Origin: Mobula hypostoma
Lineage: Eukaryota
Length of the DNA stretch: 64,000 nucleotides
Assembly (NCBI RefSeq): GCF_963921235.1
Contig: NC_086097.1
Span: 45,634,001 to 45,698,000 of the forward strand
Reading direction: 5' to 3'
Made by a program: the position numbers and the translations under genes. The notes beneath the pieces were generated by a model. That model did no database searches. It had not been told where the DNA came from and saw nothing but the letters and a program-made list of their open reading frames with translations. Below, piece by piece: positions 38,901-49,271 of the stretch (the stretch's first letter is position 1; each line of letters opens with the position of its first letter).

Positions 38901-40559
38901 CAGAGCCACTCTTCCACCTCTGCAGTCATTTCTGGTCAGCTATTACCAATGTGAAACTGTCACTCTCACCTCCATCTTTGTTTGATATATATTCTGCTGC
39001 CGGAATAAAGTATCATGAGGGAGACATACCGAGCATTCCCTGAAAGGTTACATATGAACAAGTGAATTAAAACCTATTGACCACCCCCCCTCCAGAATGG
39101 TATCTCTACCAGTCTTCACAAAATAACAGTATAAATAAGAGTATACTCACTAATGTCTTTTTGAAGCTAACCAGATCAATTTTATTAAAATGCTTTTTTG
39201 ATAGATGCATTTTCTATCAAATAGCCGCAAGATTTAAAATTCAGGTGGCAACTTGCAAGGTAAATTTAAGGTTAAAACAGGTTGCTTTTATAGAGGATTC
39301 TTTAAATTGTTTGATTTCATTATATTAGTGGATTTCTGAACAGGTCAGTGATACATTGATTATTTTTATGAATGCAAGCAAATATAGCTTGGGGAATTAA
39401 GGCTTTCAAAACAAATGTTAATTTTGTTTGTCTCTAGGCTTTGATGGTGAATTGGATATTTATGGTTCTGAAATGGGGAATCAACTTGTTTTCTGCATTC
39501 CATGAGATGAGAAGCTGTTTAAGTTGGAGATCACATATGATATAGGAATAATGATTTATATCTAATTAAGAAAGCTGTATAACTGAATTGTAAATTCAAA
39601 ATTGACATTATTCCCACACACTTTACATTCTTTCCTCTTCAGGGAGGGAACATCTTTTAGTTGAGGTTTGATACCAAGAGACTTCAGCCACTTGCTGCAG
39701 GGTATCCTTTAACTAGTCACCATTTCCTCCGCAGTATGCTAATAGGGAGGGGGGGTCACAATTAAAACAGTGGATAGGGTGCTGATAAAGCAAGTCACAC
39801 ACATGCTGGAGGAACTCAGCAGGTCAGGCAGCATCTATGGGAAAGAGTAAAACAGTCAACATTTCGGGTCGAGATGCTGAGTTCCTCCAGCACTTTTTGT
39901 GTGTTGCTTTGGCGTTCCAGCAATCGCAGATTTTCTGGTGTTTGTGATAAAGCAGGTTACAGTTCTGTATAAAGTTGCGGTATTCTAGTTGCATCATTTC
40001 CAAACCAGTGTTTCATCATGCGCCAAATCTGCAGCTGACAACTCATTGGGCTGGTAAACAGTTGGTCTGGAATCATTGTCCGTAGTCCATGACTGATTAA
40101 TACGATACCTCGGCCTCTCGCACGTCGTAGAAAACAGCCCCTTTCTGACTATCAAACACACATTTATTCCTGGAATTATTGCTTTATGTGCACATGTACT
40201 GAGATACAGTGAAAAGCTTGTCTTGCATACTGGTCACACAGATCAAATCATTACACAGTGCACTGAGGTAGAACAAGGTAAAACAGTCACAAAACAGAGA
40301 AAGGTGTAACAGCTGCAGAGAAAGTGCAGGGCAGATAAACCATGCAGTACAAGGCCATAAGGAGGTAAATGTGAGGTCAAAACTAATTTATTGCACTCGG
40401 GAACCATTTAAGATCTTCCTGCAGTGGGGTAAAAACTGTCCTTACATTAATCCCAACTTTTATTCTCCATACATTCCCATCATTCCCTCCAAATTCTTTA
40501 CATTCCTCTTCAAATTCTACCACTCAGTTACATATTAGGCGCAATTTATAGTGGCCAAT

Positions 40560-42185
40560 TTTGCCCATCACGGGCGAAGTCCTCCCCACTGTCGAACACA
40601 TCCACATGGAGCGCTGTCGTAGGAAAGCAGCATCCATCATCGAGGACCTCACATGCTCTCTTCTCATTAATGCCATCGGGAAGGAAGTACAGCAGCCCCA
40701 GGACCCACACCACGAGGTTTGGGAACAGTTATTACCCCTCAACCATCAGGCTCTTGCTGCGCATGGTGGTGGTAGAATTGGTTGAAACAGGGCCGCAACG
40801 TGAACGCTTCGACCTTGACTTGTGCATCACTGCCCAAAGCACTGATTTTAACACTGTGGAGAAAACGCTTTCTGAGGCCTTGGAGGGATTAACATCCTAC
40901 TATGAAGAAAACCACCTCCGCGCAAACCCATCAAAGACACAAGTTTGTGCATTCCACCTCAGGAACTGTGAAGCCAAATGACAGTTTAAAGTAACCTGGT
41001 GTGGAGCAACGCTGACGCATTGCGGGCACCCTATCTACTTAGGAGTCACCCTCTACAGATGCCTCACTTTCAAGAACCACATCAATAAGACAAAGGCAAA
41101 AGTGAGCGCACGAAACAACATCCTGAATAAGCTCACTAACACAAAATGGGGAGCAAGCTCGAAAACATTGCGAACCAGTGCATTTGCTCTTTGCTATTCC
41201 ACTGCCGAATACACCTGGCCTGCAAGGGAAAGATCTATTCATGCTAAGAAGATGGATGCCGTTCTGAAAGTAAGCTGCCGACTTATCACAAGCTGTTTAA
41301 AACCAATAAACACCAACAGTCTATATATCCTGGCTGGTATTGCTCCCCCGATATAAGAAGAATGGTAGCCAGCAAGAAAGAACGACTTCGTCAAACATCA
41401 GATGAGAGGCACCCTCTACATGGTCATACACCTACACCCAGCCACCTAAAGTCAAGGAAGAGCTTCATGAACAGTGTTGTTCCATTACAATTAAGCCCAT
41501 CTGTAGCCCGCATTGCCTTGTGGAAAGACCGGCTCGCCAGTCTCAAACAACACCCAATGATGGAAATTCCACCGGATGAAAGCTTTCCCCCAGGAGCTAA
41601 TCGCAACTGGGCAACCTGGAAGTGCCTTAACAGACTTAGGACTGGTGTAGGTCGTTCAAAGGTGTCACTAAGCAAATGGGGATATACAACCGGCCCGACA
41701 ACTTGTGAATGTGGAACTGAGCCGCAAACTATGGAACATCTCCTGCAATGCCCATTGCTGGAGGAACCCTGTACTGTTGCAGATCTTGCAGAATTCAACA
41801 ACAAGGCGCAAAAATGTGTCCAGTTCTGGCTGGGCCAAGTATAGACTGTCCTTGGACACGAGAAGAAGATCAGGCTCTTGAACCAGTGGGGATTCGGAAA
41901 TTTCACTCGCCGCATCACGGAACTGTCCCCACAGCCTATGGACTCACTTTCAAGGACTCTTCATCTCATATCCCCGATATTTATTCCTTATTTATTTATG
42001 GTTACTCTTACTATTGTTATTATATATTTGGTTGGTTATCCGTCCTTTTAGGTGCGGTCTATTACTGATCCCTCCATGATTCTTGGATATACCGAGTATG
42101 CCCGCAAGAAAACGAATCTCAGGGTTGTTGATGATGATATATATGCACTTTGATAATAAACTTACTTTGAGCTTTGAACTTTGAA
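40560..42185 (+). mobile_element. Rex1-type LINE 3' end, interrupted by a Vingi/Ingi-type insertion
   Basis: ITGEVLPTVEHIHMERCRRKAASII..LPSGRKYSS..RFGNSYYPSTIRLL continues after 41880 into a 3' UTR ending aataaa..(tttgaac)n; a similar tail lies at 62660-62955. Confidence 0.75.
40757..41868 (+). mobile_element. Vingi/Ingi-type LINE, 5'-truncated, with 12-bp TSD
   Basis: DLCITAQ..NHLRANPSKTQVCAFHL; YLGVTL; LNRLRTGVGR; CECG..QTMEHLLQC; tail ggacacgagaagaag. TSD atcaggctcttg at 40745-40756 and 41869-41880. The LINE call is firm, the clade less so. Confidence 0.8.
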
Positions 42186-42254
42186 ATAATTTTAATAGTA
42201 AAATAAGTTAGAATGAATGAAATGTGACCGATAAAGGGGAAACTGGAATTTAAG

Positions 42255-42430
42255 GCTGCTCACGTGATCCCCCTGCAGTGTTTGTGGTGACTCGTGGTCT
42301 CAATATCAATTTATAGACAGCGAGAGGGTGTTCCCTCTGCAGCTTCACCATTAGTCAGGATCAAGGCGGTGTGTCGAGGACGGCCAATGCCGGAGTCCCT
42401 GGTCAGGGGACGGTCGCATAAAAGGGCTGA
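42255..42430 (+). promoter_or_regulatory. Putative ANKRD9 proximal promoter
   Basis: E-box CACGTG at 42261-42266, CCAAT at 42384-42388 and TATA-like CATAAAA at 42417-42423, at the start of a CpG-rich tract. Confidence 0.5.
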
Positions 42431-42584
42431 CAGGAACCCAGCGCCTGGCTGCAGAGGCAGCGTCGAGTCCCGGGAGAGCGGGTTTCCCGGACCAGCAGCA
42501 ACAACAGTTGCCAGAGAGAGAGACAAGTGCAGATTTGAGGAGAGCTTCGCGTCACCTTGAGAACGGCTGTAAGAGCGCGTCAGC

Positions 42585-43487
42585 ATGCCTTGGGACCTGG
42601 GCAGCCCTCCCCACGGCCGGGACTACCGCTGCCAGAAGCGCTGCAAGAAATCGTCTTTCGCCTTCTATCAGGCGGTGCGGGACCTCCTGCCTGTCTGGAT
42701 CCTGGAGGAAATGAGGACCATGGAGGCGTTTCACTGGGAGGAGGGCGGCCGTATGAGCGCCTACTCGCCGTCCGAAGCCCTGCTCTACGCTCTGGTGCAC
42801 GACCACCAGCGCTACGGCCAGTACCTGCTAAACCAGCACCCGCGGGCAGCGCTGGCCGTGCCCAGCGACAGCTTTTGCTGCTGCCGCTCCTCGGCACCGC
42901 ACCTCGCCATGGCCGTACGCTACAACCGCGTCGCCACCCTGGCACACCTCCTGAAGTGCCTGCGGGACTGTCCTGGCATCGACCGCTCCGACTACATCAA
43001 CCGCAGGGGCTGTGTGCATGTGGAGAGCGGCAAAACGCCGCTGCATGTAGCTTGCGAGCTGGCAAGAGCCGAGTGTTTGATTTTGCTGCTGACGCACGGC
43101 TCCTCTCCCTACATCACGGACTGCGAGGGTAACACACCGCTGGACACGTTACTCCTGCAGCTGTGTGACAGCCGGCTGGAGATGCAGAGAAAGCACGCCT
43201 GCCTACATCGTCTCCTGCTTTTCATGCCGGAACTGAAATTTAAAATGAAGTCGGCGCTGAGAAGCAACGCCGGCCTCTGGCAGGGTTTGCTTTCTCCGGA
43301 CATCTTTCAGTGGCTCTCGGGCTGCAGTCCGCCGCCGCTCTTTGTGAAGGCCATGCAAACTTTAATCGCAGCCATCGCTCCAGAGAGATTCCCAGAGGGG
43401 CTGCACGAATTGCCTATATCCCACCTACTTAAACCTTTGGATTTCAAACTGACCATGGAGGACACTGCCCAATCAAACTATAAGTGA
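42585..43487 (+). CDS. ANKRD9: Ankyrin repeat domain-containing protein 9 (300 aa, uninterrupted CDS)
   Basis: MPWD..CKKSSFAFYQAVRDLLPVW..AYSPSEALLYALVHDHQ..AVRYNRV, ankyrin motifs GKTPLHVACEL and GNTPLD. CpG-rich, AATAAA at 43513, and adjacent to TECPR2 as in human. Confidence 0.96.
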   Translation: MPWDLGSPPHGRDYRCQKRCKKSSFAFYQAVRDLLPVWILEEMRTMEAFHWEEGGRMSAYSPSEALLYALVHDHQRYGQYLLNQHPRAALAVPSDSFCCCRSSAPHLAMAVRYNRVATLAHLLKCLRDCPGIDRSDYINRRGCVHVESGKTPLHVACELARAECLILLLTHGSSPYITDCEGNTPLDTLLLQLCDSRLEMQRKHACLHRLLLFMPELKFKMKSALRSNAGLWQGLLSPDIFQWLSGCSPPPLFVKAMQTLIAAIAPERFPEGLHELPISHLLKPLDFKLTMEDTAQSNYK

Positions 43488-44439
43488 TGTCGCTTTTATG
43501 TTTAAGGAATTTAATAAAAGACTGGTTACAGAAAGGCTTTATAGAGCGGCCTCCGCCGCGCTGGAAAACGGACGTTTGGCTGCTTTTATAAAGAACTTTA
43601 GTGAAGTGTACTATGGAATCAGAAACTTCGCGAAAGAGGTCATTAAAGCCTGAGTGATTTGTTTGACTTCCTTGGGTTATATCTTTCACTCAAACTTTTG
43701 AAATAATAGCTGTTATGTAATGCTTTTGAGTGTGAACTGTATCTCCGCATTCGGGTTTCAATTCCCGCAGTAAATAGTTTTGATTAAGTGTTTAATAGAC
43801 TTGTTTCAAATTAGTATCGTGAACGTATTAACAACTGCAGTTCCTGGTGTCATTTAAGTTTTTTTTTCCCAGGCAGTTCTTCCCTGTCAAAGATGACTTA
43901 CTTCCACTCAGGTTTTGAGGGTTCCGAGGTGGTGGAACCACAGACTCTGCCGCATAGGGGCAGTGGATTACTGGGGAGGTACCACCTTCCCTCCGCTGTT
44001 ACCACGGGATCTCTTTGTGCTCCCCATCCATGACCTCAAGACTGTCCCAAATGCTCCTTCTCCCCATTGAATAGTCTTAAAGCAGAGATACCCAGGAGTC
44101 AGTAAGATGATCATTTTCTGGAGAAAGCTCTGCGTACTTCCTTGAATCTTTTCCTCCGTCTGTCTGGTAATTTCTGGCAATGGCGGATTTTAGAAAAGAA
44201 TATCTTTCAGGAATCAGGTGTCAGACACGCAAATAATGTGGCCTCTACCAATGTAACTGAATTTGACGAAAGCTTCCATAAATGCTGTCCGCTAATCCTT
44301 TCAGTGAACTCGGAGATGTTTGCTTTGACAAATGTTTTTGGGATCTTTCCCGGATCTCAGGGCTCACTGGTGTGCCCTGCCCGGTCAGTGAGTTTTGTGC
44401 AGAGTTTGAGGGTTTGATCTTCAGATTCCACTTTCTTCA

Positions 44440-44880
44440 ACCACTATGGTCACCCAGTCACAGGAAGGAAGTGGATGCTTTTGGAGAGAGTGTGGAGAAG
44501 AGATTTACCAAAATGCTGCCTGGATTAGAGAGTGTTAGCTATAAAGAGAGGCTGGGCAAACTTGGTTTATTTTCTCTGCAGCACTGAAGGCTGAAGGGAA
44601 ACCTGACGAGAATTATAAAATTGTGAGAGGTAAAGACAGGTTCCTGTCTTTTTCCCTGGGTAGAAACGTCAAATATTAGAAGACATAGCTATAAGAACAT
44701 GGGAGGTGGGTAAAGTTTAAAGGAGATGTGCAACGTAAGTTTTATACACAGTGACAGGTACCCAGAAGGGGCTGCCGGAGGAAGTGGTGGAAGTAGACAA
44801 AACTGAGGCATTTAAGAGCTGCGTGCATAGGCAGGGAATTGGGGGATATGAATCATGTGTTGGCAAATAGATTTGGTTTA
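44440..44880 (+). mobile_element. CR1 3' fragment
   Basis: LWSPSHRKEVDAF..RFTKMLPGLESVSYKERLGKLGLFSL. Confidence 0.8.
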
Positions 44881-46199
44881 TTCCTCTCCAGAAATGCTGC
44901 TTTAGTGCTGAGTTTCTCCAGCAGTTTGTGTGTGTTTCTCAAGACTTCCGGCCTTTGCCGAATCTCTTATATTTAGATTTAGTATAACTTGGCGCTTGGT
45001 CCCCCTGACATTCTTAGGCTGAAGGGCCTGTATTGTCCACTGTTCTGTGATGATGATCACCAGGAAGTGACACGTGAGATGTGGGAAGCCATCCGCATTT
45101 TCCAGGGTCTCACTGTGTATCTGAATGGTGGGCGGGCAGTGTGATGCAAGGCCTGCAAATCGGTGGATGATTGCTTTGTACAGATGTTGAGTTTCAGATT
45201 CATCTTCCTCCGAGGCCTCGGGGACAGAGGTGGCGATGCCTTGAAGATTGCCGCTGAATGTATGTAACTGCAAGCATTGTGCGTACACTAAAGATGACCT
45301 TGGATGTAGAGAGTAGTTGGCATAGATTAAACAGTTTATCATTAGTTCTAAAAATTAGCTTTCCTTCCATAAGTGGTTTGCACAACATTGTGGCAAGAAA
45401 GGTATTAGTAGCATTTAAGAAATTCTTTGACAGGTACATAGGTGGGTTATAAAGGAGGGAAGAGTTAGGTTGATTTTAAAGTAGGTTAAAATGTCAGCAC
45501 AACATTGTGGGCCGAAGGGCCTGTACTGTGCTGTAATGTTCTATGTTCAACGTTGAAAGAATGAAGCATCCTCATTAGACATCCAGGAGTTTCCTTGCTG
45601 TCTGACATGGGAAATTAGCACCAGGGTCTCCCTCACTTCACCTCCCAGTGGACAAAGAGCAGCTTCCTGAATCATAGTGTGGGTTCTGTCTATCCAGAGG
45701 TTTGATGGGCACGATTTTCATCACAGATCAACTCTGAGAAAAATGCAGGTGGCCGAACCAACTATTAAACATGGTGTTTTCAACCTTTCACCCGTACCAT
45801 CGACTCCACCCGCTGAGAGACGCTGTGGGACACCCTCTTCAAATTCCACTGCCCACATAAATTCTTCAATGATTATGCTAGTGCTAATATGTTGTGTAAG
45901 CCATGATATTAACCTATGGGTCTACAACAGGCTATTCTCTGTAAGGATGATGATAACACCTCTGATGGCAAAGAGAGAAGAGCAGCACCTTGTGTATTGC
46001 TCTGCTTGATAGCCTGGCCTTTCAATCATGGTACAGTATGCACAGCTAAAAGTGATGGATCTTTGAAACTGATTTTAAACATGATGACATATGCCCTCAG
46101 GTTGCACAAGTGGATGTTCATTTCTGTCTGATCTAATATTCCTCACTGAAGCAGCAAATGTGAATTAGTTAAGTGCCACAGTCTTTAGCACATCATAAG

Positions 46200-47416
46200 A
46201 TCGGTAGACAGTTTGTCTCCAAAGATGGAGGCAGAGAGACTGAGGAACCTGTCTCTTGTAAAAATGATATACTGTACCCTTTCTCAATTCCTTTGTCTAC
46301 ACTGCATTGGTTCCCAGGATGAGGCTTTCCTTTCCAGGACATCAGAGATGCCTCCTTCTTCAAAGAATGGGGTTTCCCTCCCTCCATTGATGCTGTCCTC
46401 ACCCACAGCTCCTCCTTTTCCCAGACATCACACTCACCCCATCTTGCTGCCACCTTAACAGGGATAGAGTTCCCTTTGTCCTCACCTCCCACCCCATGAG
46501 CCTCCCCACCAAACACATACTCTGCAATCTCCACTGTCTTCAATAGGTCCACTACCAATCATTTCATTATCTCCCCACTCTCTCAGCTTTTTGCAGAAGT
46601 CGCTCTCTCCATAATTGCCTTGTCCATTCGTCCATTTTCACTAATCTCCCTCCTGGCACACATCCCTGCAAGTGACAGAAATGCTACACCTGCCCATTCA
46701 CCTCCTCCCTCCCCTCCATTCAGGGCCCCAAACAGTCCTTCCAAGTGAGGCAACACTTCACCTGTGAATCTGTCGAGGTCACCTACAGAATTCGGTGCTG
46801 CCAATGCCACCTTCTGTACATTGATGAGAGCCAGCATAAACTGGGGAACCACTTTGTCGAGCATCTCCAATTCATCTGCAAAAAGCGGTATTTCCCGTTG
46901 GCCAACCGTTTTAATACCTATCACCATCCCTGTTCTGAAATGTCAGTTCCTTGGCCTCCTCTTAATGAGACCGCTCTTCGGGTGGACAAACATTGAGGTA
47001 GCCTGCAACCTGCTGGCATGAGTATCGATTTCTCCTTCCGATAATTTGTTTCTCACCTCCTTCCCTCTTCTTCTATTCTCTTCTCTGGCCCCTTGCATCT
47101 TCACCTCACTTGCCTATCACCTCCCCAGTGCCCTCTCTCCCATGGTCCACTCTCCTTTCCTATCAAATTCCTTCTTCTCCAGCCCTTTGTCTTTTCCACC
47201 AGTCACCTCCGTACTTCATTTCTCCTCGCCCACCCACCCGGCATCACACATCACCTTCCAGCTTGTCCTCCTTCCCCTCCCCTCACCTTCTTATTCTGGC
47301 ATCTTCTTCCTTGCCAGTCCTGATGAAGTGTTGTCAGCCTGAAACACTGTCTGTTTATTCATTTCCATAGATGCTGCCTGACCTGCTGAGTTCCTTCAGT
47401 ATTTTATGTGTGTTGT
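46200..47416 (+). mobile_element. Penelope-like retroelement (RT C-terminus, GIY-YIG, pLTR), decayed
   Basis: FQVRQHFTCESVEVTYRIRCCQCHLLYIDESQHKLGNHFVEHL is a degenerate GIY-YIG motif; pLTR with CUGAUGA..GAAAC at 47320-47345. Confidence 0.85.
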
Positions 47417-48599
47417 TCATAGTCTAAAGGCCAAGAATAGTCAATCAGAACCCAGTGATCTATTAGTAAGCTGCAGCCCAGAAAGGCAGCCATGGTAACA
47501 AACAGGTGCTCACTTGATGTTTTTCAAATAACGTATTCCATGACATTTTAAATATTTATACAGCGGGGAATCTGAGCTTATATGAAAATAGAAAGCTATT
47601 TATCACCCTGTTCTTTGGAGTGTTATCACTAAGAACTGGGATAATTTGTAATTAACATCTCTCAAGGTTGACGGGCATTGGTTAATGTCATCTATGACTC
47701 AAATGCCAAATTATGTTTCAATTATGAGAGCACAATTAGAAAGCGTTCACATTCTTTTTGTATGAGCATATTTCTAATGAAACTATAAGTAGTCTGACTG
47801 TTAAGCTTATAAACATAGTAGTTAATTTTATCTCCTACATTTTTTAAAAGACCAGGACATGCAGAAATTTGAGGGAATTGTCTCCTGTTGCAATATTTCC
47901 ATGAAGTGAGGTTGCTGGGTTTAAGTTACAACAATCATGCGAGTTTACTTTAAGCTCCTGCTGTACTTTGTCAAGCCGACTAGTGCCACACCTGCTTTGT
48001 TCATTCATTCTTACTCACTGGCATTGAACCCCTTCATCTCCTTCAGTTTCCTCATCCAGCTGATTTACAACTTGTAAAAGGAAGTACAGACTCTATGGAC
48101 ATCTCCCATGGTTTTCTGTGGCCCCAGCTCAAGCTGTCATCTCTCCAGGAGACAGTGGGAGGCTGCAGGTGTTGGAAATCTGAGTAATACACAACATGCT
48201 GGATGAACACAGCAGGTCAGGCAGCACCTATGAAGGGAAATGTCGAGACTGATGAAGGGTCTCATCCTGAAATGTTGACTTGTCTCTCTCCACTGGAAGC
48301 TGGCTTTAAATCCACAACAAAATGCAGGAACTATTGTCTCAGCTGTAGAAATAAATGACAGTAAACACTGGCTACATCTGCCACATTTTGTACAGACATT
48401 CATGGGAAGCATTTTGTAAATCAAAAACACTGGGCAAAGTGCATTCTAGGAATGTTGGGTTTATATTTACCATGCATAGATAATGGTGTGTTATTCATCA
48501 TAACAAGAAATAGCTTTGTAAATTAAAGACACGCACACCTCCACCTGGACAGTGTCGTAAACAAACTTACAAAATCATCTCTGAAGAAACTCAAACCAT

Positions 48600-48890
48600 T
48601 TCTTTACCCCCAGGCTTGTTTGTTATTGTTTTATTTGTTGCATGTACCTTGAAACATGTGGTGAGATGTGTTATTTGCATCAATCACCAGCACAGTCTGA
48701 GGATGTGCTGAGGGCAGCCTGTTCCAGTACCGGCGTACAATTCACCTTAAAACATACCATCCCTGACTCATACATCTTTGGAATGTGGGAGGACTCCTGA
48801 ACACTTGGAATAAACCTATGTGGTCACTGGAGAGTGTACAAATGCTTACAGTCAGCGGTGGGAATTGAACCCATATCACTGGCACTGCAT
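48600..48890 (-). mobile_element. tRNA-derived V-SINE-like element, degraded
   Basis: B-box GGGTTCAATTCCC on the minus strand at ~48860-48873 and a V-domain-like stretch ending ctcccacattcc. Confidence 0.6.
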
Positions 48891-49271
48891 CTGTCCCAGT
48901 ACAAGTGCTGTGTTTTCTTAAAATATTACTCTTCTGAACTTAAGTCTTGTAGGGTGTTTGACTGAAGATCTCCAACCAAAAATTACCATATACCTCCAAT
49001 ATGACATAGAAAATGCAACCAAACTAGGCCAAGGTTGAAAAACGTACTGGCTTATGCATGAAAATTGCAGTTAATCAGATAGCATAGCTCCTTACAATAG
49101 TTTCAAAAGGAATATAAATTTCTTCCTTTCTTCATGTCAGCATTTATCCCTTAATTCACACCAAAAATTACACAACTATTCTTTGTGATATTTTGTCATT
49201 TTGTTTATCTCATACAAGCTGAGGCTGCATTCTAAAATAATTAATATGGAAGTACTTTTGAATATCTTGAG

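Noticed and set aside
42294..43303. Several overlapping ORFs on both strands (e.g. 42557-43132 +, 42580-42945 -)
   Set aside because: Shadow frames of the GC-rich ANKRD9 CDS.
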